Positions 30,058 to 41,254 of a stretch of DNA of 64,000 bases are shown here, in pieces. The DNA is from an uncultured candidate division Zixibacteria bacterium (GTDB lineage Bacteria > Zixibacteria > MSB-5A5 > GN15 > PGXB01): positions 2,464,001 to 2,528,000 of the forward strand of contig OY969724.1 in the NCBI GenBank assembly GCA_963702205.1, written 5' to 3'. The notes beneath the pieces are model-generated. The model worked only from the letters and a program-made list of their open reading frames with translations, was not told the DNA's origin and made no database searches. Within the stretch, counting starts at the first letter, position 1. The number at the start of each line of letters is the position of its first letter. The translations under genes were made by a program, and so were the position numbers.

Positions 30058-31065
30058 TTACTTAACCTCCAATTTTTCTTCTGAAGTCAGCCCCACGGCA
30101 AAGCCGTTTTGTGTCATCCAATTGTCATTATAGCATTTCGTAAGGTATTTCGTTCCCGGGTCGGGAATAATAACCACCATCAGGTCTTTATCACTCATTT
30201 TCCGGGCCGCCTGTCGGGCCGCCCAGACGGCTGCTCCCGACGAGCCGCCGACCATGAGGCCTTCCTCGCGGGCCATTTCGCGGGCGGTGTTGAAGGCGAT
30301 TTCATCGGACACGGTAATCAATTCATCTATCATGTCGACAAGCAGCGCTTTGGTGGGGACGTCGGACCCGATCCCTTCCATTTTGTAAGGCCTGGCCTCG
30401 ATTTCCTGGCCCGAGCGATAGAATTCGGCGAAAATCGAACCTTCCGGGTCGACCGCGATAGTTTTAAGAGCGGGTTTTTTTTCTTTAAGGAATTTGGCCG
30501 CACCGGACAGGGTCCCGCCGGTACCGATACCGGCGACGAGATGAGTTATCCGCCCCTCGGTCTGCTTCCAGATTTCCGGCCCCGTGGTCAGGTAATGCGC
30601 TTCAATGTTGTCGGTACTGTGATACTGGTTCATGTGAAAATAACCGTGCTCTTTGGCCATCAAAAGGGCTTTCATGTACGGCCCTTCGGGGTCATCGTGG
30701 GGAAGATCGTTGGGGGTCCTGATTACGGTTGCACCAAAGGCTCGAATCTGATCGACTTTCTCCTGACTGGTTTTTTCCGGGGTGGTTAAAATGGCCTTGA
30801 CCCCCAGCATCGAAGCCACCAGGGCCAGGGCGATCCCGGCATTGCCGGAGGTGTTGTCTATAACGGTTCCGCCGGGTTTCAGCCTGCCATCTCTCAGCGC
30901 CTTGCCAATGACGTGATAGGCCATGCGGTCCTTGACAGAGCCGCCGGGATTTTGATATTCGAGCTTCCCGAGCATAAGCGGCCCCTGTCCCGGAATGAGG
31001 CCATTGTTAATTTTAACTAAAGGGGTATTGCCAATCAGTTCCAGGACATTATCGAAATATTTCAT
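30058..31065 (-). CDS. PLP-dependent cysteine synthase / cystathionine beta-synthase family
   Basis: IGNTPLV, KLEYQNPGGSVKDR, TSGNAG, GIGTGGT, EGIG, GGSSGA. Confidence 0.9.
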   Translation of the reverse strand: MKYFDNVLELIGNTPLVKINNGLIPGQGPLMLGKLEYQNPGGSVKDRMAYHVIGKALRDGRLKPGGTVIDNTSGNAGIALALVASMLGVKAILTTPEKTSQEKVDQIRAFGATVIRTPNDLPHDDPEGPYMKALLMAKEHGYFHMNQYHSTDNIEAHYLTTGPEIWKQTEGRITHLVAGIGTGGTLSGAAKFLKEKKPALKTIAVDPEGSIFAEFYRSGQEIEARPYKMEGIGSDVPTKALLVDMIDELITVSDEIAFNTAREMAREEGLMVGGSSGAAVWAARQAARKMSDKDLMVVIIPDPGTKYLTKCYNDNWMTQNGFAVGLTSEEKLEVK

Positions 31066-31227
31066 ACCAGCTCCATAAATTTTATATAATTAAAGTCGAT
31101 TAATGTTTCATACGCAATGCTTTAATTGAGGGAATAGTGTGTTTTGCGCAAATTTTTCTTTTTAAGTTGACATCCTATACTTTTGAAGTAAATATTTTAA
31201 AAAATATAATACGAAAGGTATGATTAA

Positions 31228-31713
31228 ATGAGGCTTTTAAAATTTATTCTGATGGTTTCGCTGGTTTCGGCTTTCGGGTTCGGATGCAGCAAAGATAAGG
31301 ATAAAGTCTCGGAGCTTGAAAAGGAAGTTATACAGGATCAGAGTCAGGCCGCCGAGACGGAGACTCCAGCCACGCAGGATACATCGGCAGAAGCGGCCCA
31401 GCCGGCGGAAGAACATGCCATGACGCCGGAAGCGGCGCCAACCGAAGAACCCAGGAAAGAATACAATCAGCCGACTGGCGAGGGATTTACGGTACAGGTT
31501 GCGGCCGGGACGAATTACGATTATGCCCATGAGCTGGCCGACAAATTTGTCGACCGCGGCTATGATGCCTACGTAACTCAGGCGACCGTCAACGGTGAGG
31601 ACTTTTACCGGATCAGAATCGGCAATTACCCCACGCTGACCGAAGCCAAAAGTGCCGGAAGTGAGTTACAGGATAAATATTCGGTAGACTACTGGGTTGA
31701 TAACAGTCAGTAA
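31228..31713 (+). CDS. SPOR domain lipoprotein
   Basis: Lipobox FGFGC; FTVQVAA...A..L..RGY.AY......YRIRIG.Y....A. Confidence 0.85.
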   Translation: MRLLKFILMVSLVSAFGFGCSKDKDKVSELEKEVIQDQSQAAETETPATQDTSAEAAQPAEEHAMTPEAAPTEEPRKEYNQPTGEGFTVQVAAGTNYDYAHELADKFVDRGYDAYVTQATVNGEDFYRIRIGNYPTLTEAKSAGSELQDKYSVDYWVDNSQ

Positions 31714-31733
31714 ATCTTCTGAAATTATCTCAT

Positions 31734-31762
31734 AAAAAACCCCCGGTATTAGGGGGTTTTTT
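31734..31762. terminator. Bidirectional intrinsic terminator
   Basis: AAAAAACCCCC-GGTATTA-GGGGGTTTTTT between convergent genes. Confidence 0.8.
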
Positions 31763-31775
31763 ATGTATTGAACCG

Positions 31776-33680
31776 TTATTTTTGCTTCAAATACTCGTTG
31801 AAAAACTGAACCATCCTGCAATAGGTCACCACGACATTTGAAGTCTTCGATGATCCGTGGCCTTCATCTCCGAAAATCAAAGTATCGACTACGCCGCCAT
31901 TGTATTTGACGGCGTTGTATATCTGCATGGCTTCTTCATACGGGACACGCGGGTCGTTTCTGCCGTGGATAACCAGCAGGGGCGTCTTGATCTTGTCAGC
32001 CTTATTAAGAGGCGAAATCGACTCAAGGAATTCGGGATCGGTGAGGGGTCCGTATTCGGCTTCACGAATATGCCTCCGGTAATCGGCGGTGTTTTTTAAA
32101 AAGGTTACGAAGTTGGCGATGCCGACTTCATCGACGGCCGCCGAAAACAGGTCGGGGTATTCGGTGATGCAGGCCAAAGTGGCATAACCTCCGTAACTGG
32201 CTCCTTTGACGCCGATCATGCCCTGCTTTGTAAAGCCTTTCTTAATTAGGTAATCAACACCCGCTTTGATGTCTTTAATGGAGTTCAGGCGGTTCTTGTA
32301 ATTATCGAGGTCCATGTATTCTTTACCGTACCCGGACGATCCCCGAATATTAGGCGCGAGAATGCCGTAACCGTTAAGCATCAGGTATTGAAAATGTCGC
32401 AAAAAGCCCGGACGGAACTGAGCTTCCGGTCCACCGTGCAAGTGGACAATAAAGGGAATGGGCCGGCCATCGTAGTCGGGCGGGAGGTATAGGAAGGCCG
32501 GGATTTCGAGGCCGTCGAATGATTTATAGGTGATCAACTCCGGGTCGGTGAACAGGTTCGGGTCGATCCCGGCATAAGTTGACGTGGTCAGTTTTTTCAA
32601 CTCCGGTTTACGCCAGTCCCATAAGTACAGGTCCTGAGTTTTGGAGGGGCTGGAATAAGTATACACGACGCGACCGTCGTCGAGAATAATAGCACCCGAA
32701 ACATACCCTTTGGCGGGCGGATCGGGGATGGGACGGTTGTCTTTCATATCCCAGGCGTGAAGAGCCGCATAACCCTGTTCGTTGACAAGCCAGAACATAT
32801 ATTCGCGATTGTTAGAAAATCCGATATCCTCAATTATTTCTTTGGATTTCGGATCGAGGTATTCGATCTTCTTTGTAGTTATATCCATGCGGGCGCGTTT
32901 GCGCAGGCCATCCGGGTTATCGTTGCAGGTCAGATAAAGAGTCATATTATCGGTGGAGAGGGTCGGGTAATCATAGAATACTTCACCCTCGTGCCGGGTC
33001 AGCAGTTCGTACTTACCGTCATCCAGATTCAAGAGATAAAGATCATCGTTGGCGTTGGAAAAGAGATGATAGATAATCATGTACTTGTTGTCATAAGACA
33101 AATTGGCGATATAATTGGACCCGGTCATGTCAAAAACCCTGGTTTGCTCTCCGGTGGCAAGATCAAAAAAGTATATCCGGAAATCTCCGGGATTTTCTTC
33201 ATTGCTGCGGAAATAGAAACCGCTGCCGTCACCGTTCCAGACCACCGATCCATATTGCACCTGAGGATTATCGGTCAATTGTTCGATGCGGCCGCTTTTG
33301 GCGTCGAGCCAATACAGCTGGGACTGTTCCGAGCCACCGGCCGAAGCCAATACTATGGCCTGGGAGCCGTCGGGGGATAACGTATAATCATCGATACCGT
33401 CGTCGAAGAACGTCAGTCGGTATGGCCAGCCGTCTTCGGTCAGACGGTACAGCTGATTGGCCCCGCTCAGTTTGACATTGGTGAAATAGAATTCTCCTGT
33501 GGACGGGCTGAAGCCAGGTGACCCCGATGAACCGATCATCAGGAAAGTGGCTATATCCGGGATATAGGGTTTATTGGCTATTTGGTTTTTTTGAACGGTT
33601 TCCCCGCATATGGCTGCAGCAATCAAGATCGTCAGAATTAAAAAAAGCAGGGAGCTGAATTTCATTCCCGAAAAATGCAT
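31776..33680 (-). CDS. S9 family (prolyl oligopeptidase / acylaminoacyl peptidase-like) serine peptidase
   Basis: Beta-propeller N-terminus; HGGPE, PNIRGSSGYG, GASYGGY, HGRNDPRV, DEGHG. Confidence 0.92.
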   Translation of the reverse strand: MHFSGMKFSSLLFLILTILIAAAICGETVQKNQIANKPYIPDIATFLMIGSSGSPGFSPSTGEFYFTNVKLSGANQLYRLTEDGWPYRLTFFDDGIDDYTLSPDGSQAIVLASAGGSEQSQLYWLDAKSGRIEQLTDNPQVQYGSVVWNGDGSGFYFRSNEENPGDFRIYFFDLATGEQTRVFDMTGSNYIANLSYDNKYMIIYHLFSNANDDLYLLNLDDGKYELLTRHEGEVFYDYPTLSTDNMTLYLTCNDNPDGLRKRARMDITTKKIEYLDPKSKEIIEDIGFSNNREYMFWLVNEQGYAALHAWDMKDNRPIPDPPAKGYVSGAIILDDGRVVYTYSSPSKTQDLYLWDWRKPELKKLTTSTYAGIDPNLFTDPELITYKSFDGLEIPAFLYLPPDYDGRPIPFIVHLHGGPEAQFRPGFLRHFQYLMLNGYGILAPNIRGSSGYGKEYMDLDNYKNRLNSIKDIKAGVDYLIKKGFTKQGMIGVKGASYGGYATLACITEYPDLFSAAVDEVGIANFVTFLKNTADYRRHIREAEYGPLTDPEFLESISPLNKADKIKTPLLVIHGRNDPRVPYEEAMQIYNAVKYNGGVVDTLIFGDEGHGSSKTSNVVVTYCRMVQFFNEYLKQK

Positions 33681-33821
33681 TATACCTCCTATGGAATCAG
33701 AGACGCATTAACAATCAATTTAAGATTATTATTAATAATTGGAGACATATTTGTCCAATTGTTTATAGAAATAAACGGAACGGAGATAGAAAAGTTTTGG
33801 AAATGAGGGCGGCGAATAAGG

Positions 33822-34121
33822 TCAGGTCGCCGCTTCGGTTTCAACCGTCTCGGGGACGGATTCTTCGGCCATAACGCGCATATAGAATTTGCATTTCTGG
33901 CAGGGCATTCTATTGAAACGGCATTCGTGCCGGATGGCCGCCGACTGACTGCGCATGATTTCCCAGCAGACTCTTCCGCCGCCCCGGCCACCGTTGATGC
34001 CATCGTATTTCATGGACGCTGACGCCACCGGGCAGGGACCGTGTATTTGAGCGAAAATGCCATTCGGCTCCATACCGCAATTGGTGAATTCCCAGCAGTT
34101 AATTTTGTCTTTACCGGCCAT
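33822..34121 (-). CDS. Small Cys-rich two-CW domain protein
   Basis: NCWEFTNCG..CPV..DGINGG..GGRVCW...C..C.FY; TAATG overlap with the upstream gene. Confidence 0.75.
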   Translation of the reverse strand: MAGKDKINCWEFTNCGMEPNGIFAQIHGPCPVASASMKYDGINGGRGGGRVCWEIMRSQSAAIRHECRFNRMPCQKCKFYMRVMAEESVPETVETEAAT

Positions 34122-36270
34122 TAGCGGTCATCTTCGTTAATGATTCTCAGGACAGGGGCAAATCGCGATGATGCTTTAAATTCAGCCAGTTCAGCCGGTC
34201 CGACAAGGGTTTTGTATTCGGCATATAAATCGCGGACCTTGCCGAAATCATCTTTGGCAAAGGAATTAAGCATCATAAACTGGAACAGGTAGGGGTCGGT
34301 TGCATTTTCCTTGAGAGCCTTTTTGAAATATTTGTCGGCTTTCTTATAATCGCCAAGTTTGAACAGACAGAGCCCGGCCCCGTAAAGAGCGGGGTAGAAG
34401 TTTTTCTCTTTGTCCAGCGCCGTTTCGTAATCGGTCAGAGCCGGTCGAAAATCGCCTTCGTCATACCTGACGCCGGCCAGTCCGACCCAGGCAACTTCGT
34501 TGTCCTTGTTCAGCTTGATAGCGGCGTTGAAGGCGTCGCGGGCCTGTTTTGGCTGACGGGACAATCGGTTGATTTCACCCGCCCGCACATAATCGTCGAT
34601 GGCCAGGTCGTTCTTTTCTGTCTTTGCGTAAGCCTCGGCTCTTTTAATGTAGGCCGGAGCATATCCGGGGTTTTTGTTGATCGATTTGGTCAAATCGTCG
34701 ATGGCCGACTCCAGATTGCCCTTGGCCAGAGCGTCTTTGCCAAGTTCATAATGGTCTTCGGCCGATAGTGATTGACCCGAATTTTCCTCCAAACGGGAGA
34801 GATCGACGTTCAAAGTATATGTTTTTCCGGACTCAATCGTGACTTTCCCGGAGAATTCTTTGTACCCTGCTTTGTTGACTTTGACCGTATGAGTGCCAGG
34901 TTTTATTCTGGAATAAGTATTGTTTCCGGAACCCTGGACGTCGCCATCGACCACGAGGCGAGCATCAGGCACGTTCGCGACCAGAGCGAGTTTGCCGAAT
35001 TTGGAAGAACTGCTCGATGAGGAGGTTTTGGTTGAAGATGCGGACGTCCTTTTGTCGGCGGAGTTATCGGAGCCGTTATGGGAAGACGAGCCTTGAGATG
35101 TTTGCCGATCGTTATCTACCTTTTTTTTTCGGCCACGATCGGTTCCAATTTGTCGCAGGTAGTCAAAGTGGATTGACTTTCGACAACGGTGACGTTTTCC
35201 CTTCCCCAGTAATGATCGCCAAGAACGTACTCAATTTCATACGTCCCGGTGGGGATGTCATGAAACCGGAAAAATCCCTGGGTATTGCTGGTCGTCGATT
35301 TGTGCAGCGACGGTATCGATACGCGGGCGCCTTCGAGATAGGGCTGTCCCGAAGAGTCGAGAACCACACCGATGACTTCACCTTCACCGGAAACGGTCGG
35401 TCCGACAAACAGGGCGCCGACGATGGAAAGTATGATGACCAGCGTCGCGGCGAAGGCAATGTAGGCGGCTTTTCGGCCGATTCTTTTCGGCCGCAGAAGG
35501 TAACCACGATTGTTGACGATAATTTCATCACCATTGTGAAGGGAGGGCTTGCCGACGATTTGTATGAAATTGCCCCGGAAAAAGGCAACGCCGCGCGAAC
35601 GCGGGGCCATTTCGACGTGCGGCCTGGTCGCCGGATCCTCGATCGGCCGGATGGAATTTTGAGTGTCCGCAGATTCGGAAAAAGAAGACTCGGCTTTGGC
35701 GGCATTTATTTTCTTGGGGTCAATGACGTTGTTGGGTATGTTTGCCGGATCTATGGCCGGTTTTTCAGGCTTGGCCGGCTTTTCTGGTTTTTCATTGCCA
35801 TAAAGTTGCTTACGAAGATTCGTCACTTCTTCCTGCGATAATTTTTTAAGCTGATCGGACTGATCGCCGGATAGACTTTCCGCTTTGTATGCCTGCGGTT
35901 GAGTTATCTCCTCGATATTTTCTTCGGGAACAGGAATATGTGGGTTTGAATCACCTATCAGTTTATTGGTGTCCCCTGAAGATGCGGACGAGAAATTCTT
36001 TTCGGCCGGCGCCTGCGGCTCCTTGTCGAGGAGATTGGCGTTTGAAGTTATCTCGATGGAATCCTCGGTCGGGGTCTTAAGAAACTCGGGAGTCGTCGGG
36101 GCACCGGGCTCGGTGACCACGAAATCCAGACCGTCATCGGCCGAAGCCTGTGACGGCGTGTTCGGCTCCGTACTTTCTGCCGGAGCATCAGAGAGCGGCG
36201 CTCCGCAATTTTTGCAGAATTGGGCCCCCTCGAATATATTTTCAGCATTGCATTTTGGACAAACCTTCAA
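34121..36270 (-). CDS. Zinc-ribbon / TM / carboxypeptidase-regulatory-like / PEGA / TPR protein, split at the A9 run 35121-35129
   Basis: ORF 35116-36270 has CPKC..FCKNCG, a TM and GVVLDS.GQP..GA.V. In the -1 frame it continues stop-free (KKVDNDRQ..FGKLALVAN) into the PEGA+TPR ORF 34121-34972. Confidence 0.7.
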
Positions 36271-36309
36271 AATGTTTCTCCTAAGAAAAAGATAGATTCT
36301 TTTAGTTAA

Positions 36310-36336
36310 TTATCGTCCTAAATCGTCTTAACTTTA
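36310..36336 (-). promoter_or_regulatory. sigma28-type promoter
   Basis: TAAA-N15-GACGATAA on the minus strand, about 40 nt upstream of the start. Confidence 0.55.
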
Positions 36337-36470
36337 GACCTTAAAAGGGACGGGAGAGGGGAAGAAGTTATTGAAATTCTCCAATTTACGCTTGACTATC
36401 CCAGAGGTATAAAGTATAATCGGATATTATTTTGGAAAATAACATTCTTAATAGGAAGGGATAATAGAGT

Positions 36471-38204
36471 ATGAACGGGCGACTTAACCGCTTGTTTTGC
36501 GTGACTTTAATAGCCATACTGGTGGTCGCGGTCTCAGGATGCGACCAGCCCGCCAACGTAATAGCCCCAACCTCTACCACCGAATTAACCTTAAATCCCG
36601 TGCGCTTGTTCGATCCTCCTCAGGGGTATGCCTATGCCCTGTGGGTTATAGACACTCTCGATGAAGCGAGTTATGTTGATATTTTCAGCTGGGATCATGC
36701 TTTATATAAATTTCGGGATACCTCCGGAAATGCCATCGACAACGTTTGGGACGCCAAGCAAAACGTGCTTGACCCGAAATATCGCTTTGTCGCCATGTCA
36801 ATCGAGCAGTTGTCGAATTTCGATACCACGGCCATGGGTCCCATAATGCTTATGGATACAATCGTCGATCCCAATAACTACACTATGCAGATGGTTTTCC
36901 CTCTGCACGTTTGGGAGACCGAAGGGTCGTTTTGTATGGAAACTCCTACCGACGGAAATTCCAACAGCAATGAAGCCAGCGGCGTTTGGTTTGCCCTTTA
37001 TGTATATGATTCTCTGATTGTCAGGGATACGACCAATTTAATTCAACCAAGCCTGCAATCTCTCAAAAGGCAGTTCTCCTATGACACCCTTCACTGGGTT
37101 TGTAACACTTATGACGGCGAGAACTGCATCGATTCGACCTTCGTCCCGCTCGATAATATAACGTCACCTGATGATTATGATTATATTACGGTCGATTCGC
37201 TGGGGAATCTGGATGTGACATATTATGTGTGTACCGCCACTGATATTGACGATAACTGTATCGATTCGACAGGCTATGACAGGGAAACGGAGATCAGTCA
37301 GGGCATTCAATATGACTGGATAGTGGTAAACACCCTTGATACCATAGGGTATGTTAACAAGGATTGCGGCCATACCGGAGAGCTTTTGACGGGTGCGGCC
37401 CTTTACAATAATAATGTCGACACAGCCTATCTGGATACGATAAGTTATAATTATTGTACCTTCGAGTGGTACGCCACTCCGGTAAACATTAGCAATTCGA
37501 TAAGAAAAGATACGGTCAGATTCGATAGCGGAAATCCGATAACATTTAATGTCGAGCCTTTCACGGATTATATTCACAAGGTGAATTACACTTCCGCTCC
37601 AACCATCAGGTATATTGACAGGTTCATAACCGGGTTCGACACCGAGGTTTCGCCGGATCTGGAAGGAACCGGCTGGCACTATCGAGGCTGGGTTCTGGCG
37701 CCTTCCGGCAGGATAAGCCCTACCGATTTCGGGACCCTGACTAAACCGGCCTGGACGGGTGCGGCGTTTAATTTGTATCTTGACCCGATTGACGGTGGTG
37801 TAGTTTCGACAGGAGCTTTTTATAGATTCGATTATCCGGATATAGAAAACGCCTTTATCCAAAGGAACCCTTATGCCAGCCCGAATATGGCTCGGGTCCC
37901 TCCGTTTCCGGGAGAAGACTTCCTGAATACCAGTACTCTTCCGGGGGGCGCTCAGTTGAATTTCATTCAACCGGGAGAGACGCATCCGGTGGGGAAAGTA
38001 TTGATTACTCTTGAGCCGGATAATTATTGGGACCCCAACGACAACTTCCCTCTAATATTGATGTCGAGTGCTTTGCCGAGCTATAGCGCGATTTCCATAA
38101 ACCACCCTCATTCAACGGCGAATTTTGATTTGGCAAATTTGTATCATATTACCAGCGTCGGCTATGGAATGCCAACCATTTCGCTGAAGATCGCGGTTAA
38201 ATAA
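36471..38204 (+). CDS. Lipoprotein of unknown function
   Basis: Lipobox VSGC; motifs YAYALW and WHYRGW, STG.F, PPFPGEDFL, ITLEPD; acidic insert with a Cys-loop repeat. Confidence 0.65.
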   Translation: MNGRLNRLFCVTLIAILVVAVSGCDQPANVIAPTSTTELTLNPVRLFDPPQGYAYALWVIDTLDEASYVDIFSWDHALYKFRDTSGNAIDNVWDAKQNVLDPKYRFVAMSIEQLSNFDTTAMGPIMLMDTIVDPNNYTMQMVFPLHVWETEGSFCMETPTDGNSNSNEASGVWFALYVYDSLIVRDTTNLIQPSLQSLKRQFSYDTLHWVCNTYDGENCIDSTFVPLDNITSPDDYDYITVDSLGNLDVTYYVCTATDIDDNCIDSTGYDRETEISQGIQYDWIVVNTLDTIGYVNKDCGHTGELLTGAALYNNNVDTAYLDTISYNYCTFEWYATPVNISNSIRKDTVRFDSGNPITFNVEPFTDYIHKVNYTSAPTIRYIDRFITGFDTEVSPDLEGTGWHYRGWVLAPSGRISPTDFGTLTKPAWTGAAFNLYLDPIDGGVVSTGAFYRFDYPDIENAFIQRNPYASPNMARVPPFPGEDFLNTSTLPGGAQLNFIQPGETHPVGKVLITLEPDNYWDPNDNFPLILMSSALPSYSAISINHPHSTANFDLANLYHITSVGYGMPTISLKIAVK

Positions 38205-38222
38205 AAGATTGTAGCTGATTTT

Positions 38223-38251
38223 AAAAGCCCCGTATTTGCGGGGCTTTTTTT
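38223..38251 (+). terminator. Intrinsic terminator
   Basis: AAAAGCCCCG-TATTTG-CGGGGCTTTTTTT. Confidence 0.8.
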
Positions 38252-38364
38252 ATATATTAGTCTTTTATTAAATTATGATTGTCATAGAGGGGAATTATAA
38301 TATTTTTGCCGGGTCCAATTGTGTGAATATTTATTATTATAACCGGTATAATTAAATAGAGCCG

Positions 38365-38391
38365 CAACTTTTATTGAAGTCGGTCGTCTAA
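38365..38391 (+). promoter_or_regulatory. Putative ECF (sigmaE-like) promoter of the exporter operon
   Basis: CAACTT-N16-TCTAA (with CGTC immediately before) versus sigmaE-type GAACTT-N16-TCTRA. Confidence 0.4.
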
Positions 38392-38552
38392 TTTACATGA
38401 GGTAAAAAATGGATTGCGTTAACTACTCTTTGCCGCCAAAACAAGACATATCAAATTCATCTGTCAGACGGGGTCGTACCCGGCAGATCGAGGCCGTTTC
38501 GTATTCCACTTCGGTTGCAAATGGTATGCAAAAAATCATAGGAGAGAAATCG

Positions 38553-39918
38553 ATGAGGCGATTTTCAATCGGACTTTTCTGGATGCTGATGAGTATGCTG
38601 GTTATTATTCCCGGCATCGTACAGGCCAGGACCCTTACATTGGACGACTGCATTACTCTGGCGCTTAAAGATCACCAGGACGTGATTCGGGCGAAAGGCA
38701 ATTTGCGGACGGCGAATGGTACATTGTGGCAGGCGGCCGGTGTGTTTTTGCCGTCGCTCAGTTTCAACGCCAGTGCCAGGCAATCGGACAGCAAGAGTTA
38801 TTACAGCTATCCGGAACTGCTGAGCATCGGGCAAACCGGACCGTCATCGTGGGAAATTACCGACTATCGTACAGACACAGTATATAACGATGGTTTTTCC
38901 AGATCGTATAACATGGGGTTGTCCGCCAATTTGACTCTGTTTAATGGACTCAGAAACGTTTTTAACTATCTCGGGGCGAGAGCCGACAAAAAGCTGTCCG
39001 AGTACAGTCTTGAAGCGACTGAACAAAATATGATATTGAACGTAAAGACAACATATTTCGCATACTTGAGAGCGATCGAACAAAAGAAAATCATGGAAGA
39101 AGCGGTTAAGCGCGGTGAGGAACAGTACCCGTCTGGCATCGTCGAAGTACGAAGTCGGATCGGCGTCCAAATCCGACGTTCTCAAGGCTCAGGTTCAGTA
39201 CGGCAACGACAAGCTCAACCTGATCGATGCCGATAACCAGCTCAAAATAGCGCAGGCTACCCTGGCTCAACTGGTCGGACTCGACCCGTATGCGGACGTG
39301 ACGTTTTCTGAAGATTATAAGCCCAGAGAGTATACCGGCAATGAAGACGATGCCGTCAAAACCGGCCTGACCAATCATCCCGGATTGTTATCTTACGAGC
39401 AAAACATGAAAGCCGCCAAATACGACGTGCGTTCGACCTACGGCCGGTTCTTCCCAAGTTTAAGTGTTTCGGCATCGCGTGACTGGTCGGGAAGCCGCTG
39501 GAAAGACGTCTCCGGGTTCAGCGGAGACAACGGCGTCTGGTCGCTATCAACTTCATTGAATTTTCCGATATTCGAAGGGTTCAGCAAGAAGAGCGATATA
39601 GCCAGATCCAAGGCCAGTTTGAATAACGCCAAAGCCGATTATTATTATAACAAAACCGGGGTCGAACTCGATATTAAAACGGCCTACCTGAATATCCAGG
39701 AAGCCACAGAAGCTCTGAAAGTGGCCGAAGAAGTGGTGGCGTCGGCCGAAGAAGATATGTCCATAACTCAGGAAAAATATAACCTGGGAGCGGCGTCGAT
39801 CCTCGACCTTCTTGACGCCCAGGTCAGTCTGATAAATGCTCAGAATACACAGAACAATGCCAAATTTGACCATAATTTGGCCATAGCAAAGCTCGAAAAT
39901 GCTATGGGAATTAAATAA
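38553..39918 (+). CDS. TolC family outer-membrane efflux protein, split by a +1 frameshift at CCC 39128-39130
   Basis: LTLDDCI.LAL, FLPSLS, LFNG..N, YEVG.ASKSDVL.AQ, FPIFEG, YNLGAASILDLLDAQ. Deleting one C joins the halves. Confidence 0.85.
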
Positions 39919-39946
39919 AATTGATTAAAAGCAAAGGTGTCGCAAA

Positions 39947-41254
39947 ATGAAAAAGAAGAAGCTGTTAATTATCATCGGTGGCCTGGTCGTAATATTAATA
40001 ATAGTGGCCAATGTTTTGACCAGCGGCAAAAAAGGAATTACGGTGAGCGCCGATAACGCGAAATTGGAAGATATTGTCGAAGAAGTTTCGGCCTCAGGTT
40101 ACATTCAGCCGCAAAACCGGGTTAATATAACGTCGGAGGTTACGGCTGAAATAATCACTCTTCCGGTGAAGGAAGGTCAGGCGGTCAATAAAGGTGACCT
40201 TTTGGTGGTTCTTGATACGGTCCAGTTGCAGAAGGATCTGGAACAAACGAAGTATTCTCTGGACGAGATCGAAGCGCGGACGTCGGCGGCGAAGTCAGGA
40301 TTCCAGCAGGCCGAGCAGGAATTCAATCGCAAACAGCAGCTTTATAAAAGCGGGCTTATTTCGGACACGGAATTCGAACTGGCCCAATATCAATATGACA
40401 ATTCCAAGTTCAGCTATCAGGCCATGGTAAGCTCCACGAAGCAAGCCCAGTCCCGTTATGAAAAGGCCGAAGACAACCTTAGCAAAACCAAGATACTTTC
40501 GCCCATGAACGGCGTGATAACGTATCTGGATGCGGACGTAGGTGAGATCGCGGCCGCGCAGACGGTTTATTCAACGGGTAAAACGCTCATGACGATTTCC
40601 AATCTATCGGTTTTCGAAGTCGAAGTTGACGTCGACGAAACCGAGATCAACAAGGTCGAAAAAGGCCAGAAAGCTAAAATCGAGGTTGATGCATTTCCCG
40701 ATACGACTTTTTCCGGAGAGGTTCTGGAGATTGGTAATACAGCCGTCGTGGCCAATGCCGGTTCGACGGAACAATCGACGAATTTCAAGGTAAAAATACT
40801 GTTCCAGGACGCCAATGTTTCGATCAAGCCGGGGATGTCGGCGACCGTTGATATCGTCACGAACTCACGGGAAATGGCCCTGTGTGTGCCGTACAGCGCA
40901 ATTGTCATGCGTACCCTCGATCCCGATTCCCTTAAGAAGACCGAAGATGATTCATCATCGGGCGGCTTGGTGGAAACGGCCCATGCCGCAACGCCTGAAG
41001 AAACGGGCGATTCGACAATGATGAAGACCGGCGAGAAAGAAAAGAAAGACATAAAAGGCGTGTTTGTGGTCAAGGACGGGAAGGTGAAATTCCTTCCGGT
41101 TGAGACCGGTATCGCCGACCAGAAGAATATCGAGATCACATCCGGGCTGGAAGAAGGAAGTCAGGTCGTGATCGGTCCGTTCCGGACGCTCAGGACTCTT
41201 AAGAACGACGATGAAGTTAAAGTTGAAGAAAAAGAAAAGGGGAAAGAATTATAA
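39947..41254 (+). CDS. MacA-like periplasmic adaptor (membrane fusion protein)
   Basis: [46 protein letters not shown]. Confidence 0.92.
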   Translation: MKKKKLLIIIGGLVVILIIVANVLTSGKKGITVSADNAKLEDIVEEVSASGYIQPQNRVNITSEVTAEIITLPVKEGQAVNKGDLLVVLDTVQLQKDLEQTKYSLDEIEARTSAAKSGFQQAEQEFNRKQQLYKSGLISDTEFELAQYQYDNSKFSYQAMVSSTKQAQSRYEKAEDNLSKTKILSPMNGVITYLDADVGEIAAAQTVYSTGKTLMTISNLSVFEVEVDVDETEINKVEKGQKAKIEVDAFPDTTFSGEVLEIGNTAVVANAGSTEQSTNFKVKILFQDANVSIKPGMSATVDIVTNSREMALCVPYSAIVMRTLDPDSLKKTEDDSSSGGLVETAHAATPEETGDSTMMKTGEKEKKDIKGVFVVKDGKVKFLPVETGIADQKNIEITSGLEEGSQVVIGPFRTLRTLKNDDEVKVEEKEKGKEL

